In this document: in pieces, positions 20,532 through 29,400 of the stretch | Numbering within the stretch: position 1 is the stretch's first letter | Layout of the letters: each line of letters begins with the position of its first letter | IMG/VR virus record: IMGVR_UViG_3300032138_000647 | Coordinates: 1-64,000 of that record | Source of the DNA: a virus | Taxonomy: Duplodnaviria; Caudoviricetes | Length of the DNA stretch: 64,000 nt | Direction: 5' to 3' (one strand) | The notes under the pieces: generated by a model | What the model was told of the DNA's origin: nothing | Database searches by the model: none | The model's input: the letters and a program-made list of their open reading frames with translations, nothing else | Program-made: the position numbers and the translations under genes

Positions 20532-21008
20532 ATGCCAGTAAATATACCTCAAAGTGTTTTCGACAAGTACTTTGACGTGATTGACTCCACGTTTACTATT
20601 TTTGGAGTTACATGTCAACTGGCTACCGTTACGCTTGAGGAAATACCTTACGATCCTAACAATAACATACCAGATCACAACGATATAAATATTCACCGCA
20701 GACATGATGATGAGTTTGACCGTGGAGAAAAAACTTATAGAGAAGTGGAGACGGTAGAGGATATTAAACTTAAGGTTTACTGGGATAATAAGAGCTTCGT
20801 AAAAGTGGGAGGCGTAGCAGTACCAGAGAACGCAATCCAAACCATCGCAATGATGACAGATTTACCAAAGATACTAAGAGCCAAGTATTTGATAGTCCAC
20901 AAAGATATTAAAGAGTACAAGGTGATGAAGTTTGAGAGATCGGGAGAGCACTTCCCGATGGGTCTAAAACAGAACAGATATTTTGGCTGCTTTTGGAACA
21001 GAGTGTAA
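20532..21008 (+). CDS. Head closure/stopper-like protein
   Basis: 158-aa beta-rich protein ending P.GL....YF...W.RV; first gene of the neck cluster. Confidence 0.55.
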   Translation: MPVNIPQSVFDKYFDVIDSTFTIFGVTCQLATVTLEEIPYDPNNNIPDHNDINIHRRHDDEFDRGEKTYREVETVEDIKLKVYWDNKSFVKVGGVAVPENAIQTIAMMTDLPKILRAKYLIVHKDIKEYKVMKFERSGEHFPMGLKQNRYFGCFWNRV

Positions 21009-21637
21009 TGAGCGATATATCACTAAGGCTTATTGATAGCATTGACGTAATTGAGGGAAGGGCCAGCGCAGCAATTGCCCAACACATGAACAGGGTATTA
21101 TCCACAAAGAAGGGATTTCTGAAAGATGAAATAAAGAAGATGTCCCGACTGTGGATAGTTAGTCAGCCAGAAATTATATCACTAAGAAATAACAATTTAG
21201 CTGCCGAGCTTGGACTGCCAGCCGGTTCTGCGAATAGCGTAGTAGAGTCCATTGTAATATCTATACAAAACGCAACAAGCGTATTGTTTGAAAGATTTAA
21301 CGTAAAGCTTAAAGGGGGCGTGTCGCTTAGGTTTCAGCCAAGTCACTTTGCCAACTTGCTGGCACTGGCACAGGGGCACGTTAAGCTGCCTGAAAGTGGA
21401 GATTTGCACTGGCTGCAATGGTTGCTTGAACGGGGAAACGATATGATTGTAACTAACTACCATTTTGTTCCTGATTCCGGTAGGGGTCGGTCTCGCGGAG
21501 GTGTCATGGGAAAAGGCGGTGCTTGGCGAGTTCCTCCGCAATTTGCTGGAACAAAAGAAGACAACTTTATAACGAGAGCCTTTTCTGACAGAGAAAAAGA
21601 TATTGAGGAATTATTTACTAGAACCATTGGGCGGTAA
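21008..21637 (+). CDS. Neck/tail-completion protein
   Basis: TAATG overlap gives start 21008 (MSDISL); WL.WLLERG...GT..DNFITRA pattern like HK97 gp10-type proteins; synteny. Confidence 0.55.
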   Translation: MSDISLRLIDSIDVIEGRASAAIAQHMNRVLSTKKGFLKDEIKKMSRLWIVSQPEIISLRNNNLAAELGLPAGSANSVVESIVISIQNATSVLFERFNVKLKGGVSLRFQPSHFANLLALAQGHVKLPESGDLHWLQWLLERGNDMIVTNYHFVPDSGRGRSRGGVMGKGGAWRVPPQFAGTKEDNFITRAFSDREKDIEELFTRTIGR

Positions 21638-21646
21638 GGTGTTAAC

Positions 21647-22621
21647 ATGGCCGATGCTTTCAACCTGAAAGGGTTCAAAAATGTTTTTGATTCACAACTC
21701 AATAACGAGTTGCAAGACAATATGCTAGAGTGGCTTGACTGGGCGCTGCTACAGAAGGGCAATTACTTTAGCGTAAGCTTAGGAGAAACTAACTACAAGG
21801 GATACGATTACAGCCAGCTTAGGCTGTCATCTGACAATCGCCATACTGCTGGTACGGCTTGGGAGGGATTCAAGGGGAACTGGGTTTGGCAAAGCGGGGT
21901 CAGCTATAGCCCAGCACCAAGTGTTGGAAGTAACAATGTGCATCCGGGAATATCCGGCGTATATGTTAATTCAACATTTCATCCTAGTGATACTACAGGT
22001 ACTTATTCGCACTATGTAGATTACTATGATGGTAAGGTGGTGTTTAACAGTCCTATACCAACAGGAAGTAAGGTTCAGGCTGAGTATAGTTATAAGTGGA
22101 TAAACGTTATCTATGCTAATGAGGTTCCTTGGATTAGGGATGTCCAATACAGGTCGTATGACTTAAACGGAGAATTCTTAAAGACTGGAAAAGGGGAAGA
22201 AGAGACACCCCCTGATGGAAGGCTTCAGTTACCGGCTATTGCCGTTGAGATTGTGCCCAGAAGAACACTTCGCGGGTATCAGCTTGGGGGCGGTCAGTGG
22301 GTTAGTACGGATATACTATTTCACTGTATAGCTGAAGATGACAGGACTAGGAATAAACTGGTGGACATAGTTTCACTGCAAAATGACAAAACTATATATT
22401 TGTTTGAAAGCAACAATTTAGCTGCCAGTGGCAAAATGCCGTTAGACTATAGGGGAACACCTGTATCTGGAGCCTTGCGGTATCCAGACTGTGTTAACGA
22501 TTACTTTGGCGGTACTGTAAGACTGACTAATTCATCAGTTCAGGGAATGGAGACGGTTAACAGCAATTTATACGCTGGAATCGTCAAATTGACCACTGAG
22601 GTTATTCATGCAGATATTTAG
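21647..22621 (+). CDS. Tail terminator-like protein
   Basis: LQLPAIAVE...YQLGGG...DILFHC.AE....RNKLVD pattern; directly upstream of the major tail gene. Confidence 0.55.
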   Translation: MADAFNLKGFKNVFDSQLNNELQDNMLEWLDWALLQKGNYFSVSLGETNYKGYDYSQLRLSSDNRHTAGTAWEGFKGNWVWQSGVSYSPAPSVGSNNVHPGISGVYVNSTFHPSDTTGTYSHYVDYYDGKVVFNSPIPTGSKVQAEYSYKWINVIYANEVPWIRDVQYRSYDLNGEFLKTGKGEEETPPDGRLQLPAIAVEIVPRRTLRGYQLGGGQWVSTDILFHCIAEDDRTRNKLVDIVSLQNDKTIYLFESNNLAASGKMPLDYRGTPVSGALRYPDCVNDYFGGTVRLTNSSVQGMETVNSNLYAGIVKLTTEVIHADI

Positions 22622-22626
22622 GTTTT

Positions 22627-22643
22627 GTGTATAATAAAATAGA
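22627..22643 (+). promoter_or_regulatory. Putative late promoter GTGTATA-N6-TAGA
   Basis: GTGTATAATAAAATAGA upstream of the major tail gene. Confidence 0.75.
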
Positions 22644-22674
22644 GATTTTCTAACTTTCTACAGGAGAGATAATA

Positions 22675-23940
22675 ATGGCTGCTAACAATAGAATTTTCTA
22701 TGCCTGCCAAATGGTTGGACTAGCCAAATCGGGCCACGTCGCCACCCATAGTACTGTCATCGACGTTGATGGTAATCCGGGTACGGACAAGATGTATGTC
22801 GCCCATGGTGTCCAAAGCGTAGGCATTACAACCAATTTTAACTTGGAACAAGCTTTCGAGCTTGGTCAAATTCACATTTATGAGAACATCGAAGGTCTAC
22901 CCGATGTCGAGGTAACCATGGAAAAGGTTCTCGATGGATATGAGCTTCTTTATCACCTCGCTGCTCCGGCCCCAGAATCTGTTGGTCTGGTGGGTCGCAG
23001 TAAAGAGCGATGCGACTTGTCTCTTGGTATCTACAGCGATGCTTTTGACTCCGTAACAGATAGTGGTCAGAGCGCTGTAGCTACTGGTGACGCTGCATAC
23101 GGTAAGCCCCCCGTTGAGGTTTGGTGCTCAGGTATGTATATCGGCTCAATTAGCTATACAGTTCCCGTTGATGGAAACTGTACAGAATCTATTACCCTAC
23201 AGGGTAACAACAAAGAGTGGATTATTGACAAGACTAAAATGCACATTAGTACGGATAGTGAAAAGTTTGGTAAGCAAGAAAACTACTCAAACACCACGGT
23301 TCCAGATGCTCCTAGAGCGCTGACACAAGCTAGTGGTGGTATTCAGAGACGTGAAAATGTACGAATGCAAAAGTGTATTTTCCCGCAGGGGATTTACGGT
23401 ATTGCTCAGAATACTACTGCCGGTAATAACGTCAGTGATGATGGAAGTCCTAGCGTTCACATGCAGAACGTTTCCATCAGTACTGACTTCTCCAGAGAAG
23501 ACATCTTGGAACTTGGGGCGAAAACTCCTTACTTCCGTGCTCCGGGCTTCCCGATTGAAGTTACCTGTGACATTGAAGCAATCGCCATTTCCGGTGACTT
23601 CATTGGTGCATACGAAGCTGGAGATCCTAGGTTCTTTGGCGCTGGAGCAACACCCGGAGGCGCAGTTGACTTCTCTGCCTCTGGTGACAACACCAGTGAA
23701 GAGACTATCAAGATTGTCCTCATGGATGGTACTTGTTTTGATCTTGGCGCAAGTAACCGCTTGTCATCTGTAAGTTATGGTGGAGGCGATGCCACTGGTG
23801 GTAACGTCAGCATCTCTTACAGTTATACGAACTTCAACGAATTGGACGTGCTACATTTCCACGATCCGGCTCGGGATCTTAAGTATACCACCAACCAGAA
23901 AACGGATACTGATCCATGGTTATCCGCGTACCCAACTTAA
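22675..23940 (+). CDS. Major tail (tube) protein
   Basis: Own promoter, strong SD AGGAG. Two internally similar halves (VQSVGITTNFNLEQAFELG / MQNVSISTDFSREDILELG). Lies before chaperones and TMP. Confidence 0.75.
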   Translation: MAANNRIFYACQMVGLAKSGHVATHSTVIDVDGNPGTDKMYVAHGVQSVGITTNFNLEQAFELGQIHIYENIEGLPDVEVTMEKVLDGYELLYHLAAPAPESVGLVGRSKERCDLSLGIYSDAFDSVTDSGQSAVATGDAAYGKPPVEVWCSGMYIGSISYTVPVDGNCTESITLQGNNKEWIIDKTKMHISTDSEKFGKQENYSNTTVPDAPRALTQASGGIQRRENVRMQKCIFPQGIYGIAQNTTAGNNVSDDGSPSVHMQNVSISTDFSREDILELGAKTPYFRAPGFPIEVTCDIEAIAISGDFIGAYEAGDPRFFGAGATPGGAVDFSASGDNTSEETIKIVLMDGTCFDLGASNRLSSVSYGGGDATGGNVSISYSYTNFNELDVLHFHDPARDLKYTTNQKTDTDPWLSAYPT

Positions 23941-23949
23941 TTTAAGCTG

Positions 23950-24097
23950 GGCGAGTTTTTGTCGCCAAGGATTCAGTTGTGTGGCTTGCGATAGCAAACC
24001 AAGGATAGCGAGTGTGCCGCACAGCTAGGAAGGATTATTATGATACATTATGCTCCCGTCATGAGGTTCACTGATGAAACAGCATGAGCGGGAGTAT
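23950..24097 (+). promoter_or_regulatory. Structured intercistronic RNA: three hairpins, three AAGGAT motifs, start-codon-sequestering stem
   Basis: Stems 23950-54/23962-66, 23975-85/24016-26 and 24050-63/24083-97; AAGGAT at 23967, 24001 and 24030. Confidence 0.6.
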
Positions 24098-25117
24098 TTT
24101 ATATCGTCTATTAGATCTGGAGTTTGCATTATTAAATATAAGGGTATCACTCTCAAGGTTCACAATCCCACTATTGAACAAGAGATTGAATCCTGCTTGG
24201 TTTATAACAACGCTTATGACTTAGCATATTCTGATGATGTGATGGATGAGGAAGAGGTGCTAGACTGGATGAGGGCCAAGGGGTTGTGGTCTTATGAAGA
24301 TGAGCAGAGAGTAGAAGGGTTAGAAAAAGATATAGAAAATCTAAAAGTTGGTATCTATCAGGCTAGGAATAACGAAAATAGGAGGGAACATATTCGACTG
24401 GGTATTCGTTCTGGTGAGGAGCAGATGGCGCAGATGCTTCTCAAAAAAAACCAGTATCGAGAAAACACCTGCGAAGGAATAGCAGAAAACGCTAAGTGGG
24501 ATTGGATTGTCAAAAACTGCACAACTCTAAATGAAAAGAAGTTTGATTTTGAGTCGGCGTCAGTTGAATATGTACTGTCCTGTTTTAGAGAATCTATGCT
24601 CCCCGAAAGCAAGATACGAGAACTAGCGCAGAATGAACCTTGGAGATGCCTATGGGTAGTTAAAGAAAACTCGGGGACTTCATTGTTTTATAACCACGGG
24701 GAATTGACTTTAAACCAGAAGAATATGATCATCTGGTCAAAAATGTATGACAACATACAAGAGTCTATGGATTGTCCAAATGACGATGTGATTCAAGACC
24801 ATGATATGTTAGACGGGTGGTTTGTTTTGCAGAGAAAGAAACGAGAGAAGGAGCGTGCTGAGTCAGAATTTGAAGGCTCGACCTCCAGCGAGAAGATTAA
24901 GAATTCCAGTGAGATCTTTGTCATGGCGGAGACTGGAGGAGATAAGGATAGGGTTGAGCTTATGAACGACATTGGTGGTCAAATGACTATCAGGCAAAGA
25001 GAGTCTGTCATGAAGCGTAACCAAGGAAAGAGTACTGAGCAGAATGAGTTCCTTGATGAAAAACTCAAGGTTACAAGGCAGAGTAACACAATGTACAAAG
25101 GAAAATTTGGAGGGTAA
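24074..25117 (+). CDS. Tail assembly chaperone-like protein (long paralog)
   Basis: Between tube and TMP genes; N-terminal half aligns by eye with 25495..26382. Confidence 0.55.
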   Translation: MKQHEREYFISSIRSGVCIIKYKGITLKVHNPTIEQEIESCLVYNNAYDLAYSDDVMDEEEVLDWMRAKGLWSYEDEQRVEGLEKDIENLKVGIYQARNNENRREHIRLGIRSGEEQMAQMLLKKNQYRENTCEGIAENAKWDWIVKNCTTLNEKKFDFESASVEYVLSCFRESMLPESKIRELAQNEPWRCLWVVKENSGTSLFYNHGELTLNQKNMIIWSKMYDNIQESMDCPNDDVIQDHDMLDGWFVLQRKKREKERAESEFEGSTSSEKIKNSSEIFVMAETGGDKDRVELMNDIGGQMTIRQRESVMKRNQGKSTEQNEFLDEKLKVTRQSNTMYKGKFGG

Positions 25118-25120
25118 CCT

Positions 25121-25492
25121 ATGGATAGTAACTATGCTGACCTAATCAGAAGCAAGTCTGACTATAAACAAACAAGAGAGGATAAATACAAAGTAGACTC
25201 TAAAGACCGTCTGTCCAAGATAATGAGGAAAAAGATAGAGACGACTATGATTGGTGCGTTAAGCACTATAGAAGAACACTTCGGGTTTTTGTGGAACAAC
25301 GAAGACGGAACTCCGTTGACAGCAGAACAAACTACCATGAAGGATCTTTATCAGCAAGTCAGATCGGAGATATTAGACAAGGGGAACAATCAGGCCAGAA
25401 ACACTGATGCTGAGCTATCTCAGTACGAAGTGGAATGGTTGAAGTATAGTATGGAACTACCTGTTATAAAAAGAAACTTAGAGGAGGGATAA
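25121..25492 (+). CDS. Hypothetical helical protein (123 aa)
   Basis: SD GGAGG; tightly packed in the chaperone cluster. Confidence 0.7.
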   Translation: MDSNYADLIRSKSDYKQTREDKYKVDSKDRLSKIMRKKIETTMIGALSTIEEHFGFLWNNEDGTPLTAEQTTMKDLYQQVRSEILDKGNNQARNTDAELSQYEVEWLKYSMELPVIKRNLEEG

Positions 25493-25494
25493 TC

Positions 25495-26382
25495 ATGCCT
25501 AAAGAAAAACAAAGAGTAGTAGACGTTGTGCTTGACGAGGACAAGCCAGATGAGAAGATTAAGATCGTTGTCAAGAAGCCATCGAATAGAGTGCAGACTG
25601 AAGCGGCACGTATTGGTGCCTTAGTATGGACTAAATGCATTAAAGATGGTGTCATGACAAAGCAGGAGCTTGAAAAGTTCATGACCGACAAGGGGATATG
25701 GGGCAAAAATAAAGAGCAGGAAAAGGAAGACCTCTCAAAAGAGATTAGTGTCCTTGAAAAAAAGCTGTATCTTGGTGGAGAAAGTCCCACAAAAAAGGGT
25801 GCTCGCCGCAAAAAGATTAAGCTTTCAGAAGCCAAAGATCTAGCGATTGAGATGCGACGTAAGCGAGGAGCGCTAAGGGACTTGCTAGCAGAGAAGATTG
25901 TTTTGGAAACCAACACTGCCGAAAGTCTTTCTGAAAACGCTAAGTTTGATTATATTGTTGCTAAATGTACATTCCGAGAAGACGGAACTACACCAGTCTA
26001 TTCTAGTCCAGAAGATTATGGGCAGAGGGCCGAAGATGCCATTGCTTTTAATGCTGCTGGGACACTGGCTGAAATGATGTATTCTATTAATAAGGATTTT
26101 GAGGCCAAGCTTCCCGAGAATAGGTTCCTGTCTCGATTTGGTATGATCAACGAGGAAATGCACCTAGTAAATAAGGACGGCACTACGGTAGACACTAAGG
26201 GCAACCGGATCAATGACGATGGGCACTATCTTGACGCAAAAGGAAATAGGATTGACCTTAAGGGTAATGCTTTGGATCAAGATGGTAACTATGAATACGC
26301 TATCGATTTTGAAGACGATATCGGACTCAGCACAAAAGAAGAATCAGAACCAAAAACTGAAGAAGACAACACGGAAAGTTAG
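25495..26382 (+). CDS. Tail assembly chaperone-like protein (short paralog)
   Basis: Strong SD GAGGAGGG; immediately upstream of TMP; KIVVKKPS motif; C-terminal 7-aa repeats. Confidence 0.6.
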   Translation: MPKEKQRVVDVVLDEDKPDEKIKIVVKKPSNRVQTEAARIGALVWTKCIKDGVMTKQELEKFMTDKGIWGKNKEQEKEDLSKEISVLEKKLYLGGESPTKKGARRKKIKLSEAKDLAIEMRRKRGALRDLLAEKIVLETNTAESLSENAKFDYIVAKCTFREDGTTPVYSSPEDYGQRAEDAIAFNAAGTLAEMMYSINKDFEAKLPENRFLSRFGMINEEMHLVNKDGTTVDTKGNRINDDGHYLDAKGNRIDLKGNALDQDGNYEYAIDFEDDIGLSTKEESEPKTEEDNTES

Positions 26383-26418
26383 TGGATAGTGTAGTCGCAA
26401 CCTAGAAACGGGCTACCT

Positions 26419-29400
26419 ATGGCTAAATTTGTACTTACTGCACAACTGCAACTGCAAGCACCGCGTAACGTACAGCAAGTAGTTAGACAAATCCAAAATC
26501 AACTTAATAACGTAAAAGTTAAAGTTGATATAGAGGGTGCGTCTAAGGCACAGACTGATCTGAAAAAGCTGGATAAAGGTGTCAAGCAAGTCACCGATTC
26601 AGCACACAAGATGGGCCAAGCTTTTGCTGTATCCGTTAAGAGGTTTGCTGCATTCTCTATCGCTACTAGAGCTATTGGTTTATTAACCCGTGGTCTAGGT
26701 GGCGCTGTGGCAGAAGCTATAGATTTTGAGCGCCAGCTAACCAAGGTAGCTCAGGTTACCGGCAAAAGCATAGGCCAGCTTAAAGATCTTACCAGAGAGA
26801 TTACTCGACTTTCTACAAGGCTCGGAGTTAGTTCTAAGTCTCTAATTGAGGTTTCAAGAACTCTATCTCAAGCGGGTTTAGATGCTCAAGAAACCAAGGT
26901 TGCTCTTGAGGCACTAGCTAAAACGTCGCTTGCTGCTACGTTTACTGATATCCACCAAACTGCCGAAGGCGCAGTTGCCATATTCAACCAGTTTGGAAAG
27001 GGCGCGGCAGCTTTAGAGAAACAGCTTGGTTCCATCAACGCTGTGGCTGGTCAATTCGCTGTTGAGGCTGGCGATATCATCGCAGCCATCCGGCGTACTG
27101 GTGGTGTGTTCAAGGCCGCTGGTGGTGACCTCAATGAACTCATAGCCCTGTTCACCTCTGTGCGGGCTACCACGCGAGAATCTGCGGAATCTATCGCTAC
27201 CGGTCTGCGAACTATCTTCACTCGTATACAGCGCCCCTCTACAATGAAGTTCCTTAAGGAGCTAGGGGTTGAGCTTAAAAATGCAGAGGGTAAGTTTGTT
27301 GGTCCGTTTGAGGCGGTTAAACGTCTGTCTGAAGCTCTCTCTGATCTGCAACCCGGAGACTTGAGATTTGTTCAGATAGCTGAACAGCTTGGTGGTTTCA
27401 GGCAAATCGGTAAAGTTATTCCATTGCTGCAACAGTTTGCCGTTGCTCAGGACGCTCTTAATGTAGCGATGGAAGGTACGGATTCACTTACTAAAGACGC
27501 CATGACTGCCCAACAGGCCCTTGCTGTAAGAATCACAAAGGTTAAAGAAGAGTTCCTTGCCCTAATCAGGTCTGTCACAGAAAGCAAGACTTTCCAAGTT
27601 ATGGCTAATACAGCCATTTCCCTAGCTTCGGCTTTAATCAAAATAGCCGACGCCCTCAAGCCCTTACTTCCTATGCTCGCCACTATGGCAGCTATGAAAA
27701 TCTTTGGTGGTATTAAGTCCTTCTCAGGCGGCTTGCTCGGTAGAGGAGCAGCAGGCGGGGGGGCTAGAGGGTTTGCTAGTGGAGGGTTAGTTCCCGGTCA
27801 AGGTAGCAGGGATACCGTTCCAGCCATGCTCACTCCGGGTGAGTTTGTTATTAAAAAGTCTAGCGTTAAGAGTATTGGGTCTGATCGTTTAGCAGGAATG
27901 AATAAGTATGCGGCTGGTGGTACAGTCAGAAGAGGGCGAAATGCTTATGGCACCGGCGCTGGGGGAATGTCTACAGATGATATTCTTGCCGCAGCCCGAA
28001 CAGGACCATCCGTTCCTAGTGGTCCCAAACGAGCAAAGTCAAAGATTCGTGGGCAGGGATCTTCTGCGAAACCACTAAACTTCACGGTGCTGCCCGGAAG
28101 GATTGGGGCTTTCTTTTTAGATCCAGCAAACCGCCCACAAGGTGAAGATGTAAGCACTGCTGCTAACGATCAATTTGGGCTTAATAAAACCTCGTTTACC
28201 ATTAAACCCGGCGACAAAGCTTTTGGAAAACTAATTAGGGCTGGTGTCACTACGGGTTCAGGTCTTACCACGCCGGGGGCTTTGCCTTTAGATGTGTTAC
28301 ACAGAGGTAAAGGGGTCAGAGGGAAGCCGGGAGCGGCAGATAAAAAGTCGGGTGTTGAGGGAGTCCTTCACGCTATGTTAAAAGGAAACCGTAGTAGCTT
28401 CTCTGGATTTTTTCCAGCTACGGGGAACTTGAAAAACAATAAAAAAATAAACGATAAGGTCATGGAGGCAACCAGTTCAGCCTTAGCCGATGCGGTTGGT
28501 GCTGTTGGAAGTCAGGTGGCTCCATTCTTAAAGGCCGGTAGTATTTCTGCGGGATTTTCAGATGCCGCAAAAAAAGCTATCAGAAATGACGATAATGCGG
28601 TAAAGAGTTCTGCCGGATTTGTTTTTGAAGGTCTTATCCATTCTCTAACTGGAGCCTCTCCCGGTGGTGGAACTAGCGGTTTTGATTTTCCATTCAAAAG
28701 CATTAAGTCTGCTCGACCTAAACTAGAAGGTTTGTTTGGTAGCGGCGCTGGCCGTATGATCAAAGCTGACGCAAAAAGAGATTGGAACAAGAGGGGCGAG
28801 ATTAAGAACAAGCTGCTGAATGATATTAAAGCTGGCGACTGGATGGGTGTTGCATTAGGAAAAGTTGGCTTGGATACTCCTCAAGTTGGTGCAGGTTTGG
28901 GATCAAGGAACAAGGGGCAACACGGTGTTCTTCCTCCTGTGACAAAAGATACAACTTTTATTAAAAGGGCCAGTGGAGGCTCCGTTACAGACACTGTTCC
29001 CTCTCTCCTCACACCCGGCGAGTTCGTTGTTAATAAGAAATCCGCCCAAGGTATTGGGTATGGCAACCTCTACCGCATGAACCAGCGCGGCGCGGAAGGC
29101 TTTGCTTCTGGTGGTGTAGTCGGTGGCCCACGCAAATTCCAGATGGGTGGAATGATGGGTGGTATGGGTATGAGTGGCGGAAATGTGGGCTTCGCCCTTG
29201 CTGCTGGTTCCGCCATGGCCGGAGAAGGTTTGATTAGTCTCAGGAAAGCCACCGATGAAGAAGCAGAAGGAATCAGAAGAATAAGCGGCATGTTTACACA
29301 GTTTGGTGCTCAGTTTGGAACAATGAGCATGTTGATAGATAACTGGAAAGGCAAGAAAGAGGAAGAGAGTAAAGCCTTAGAGGATAGCGCTAAGGCATAT

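Noticed and set aside
24071-24080. CTGATGAAAC resembling a hammerhead ribozyme core
   Set aside because: CUGAUGA and GAAA overlap with no stem II between them, so the core cannot form.
24445-25797. Slippery heptamers A_AAA_AAC (24445) and A_AAA_AAG (25758, 25791) as chaperone frameshift sites
   Set aside because: They lie mid-domain and the -1 frames stop within 20 codons; none joins adjacent ORFs.
21647-26419. Contractile tail or tailocin/eCIS interpretation
   Set aside because: No sheath or baseplate wedge genes were recognised, and a full head module is present.
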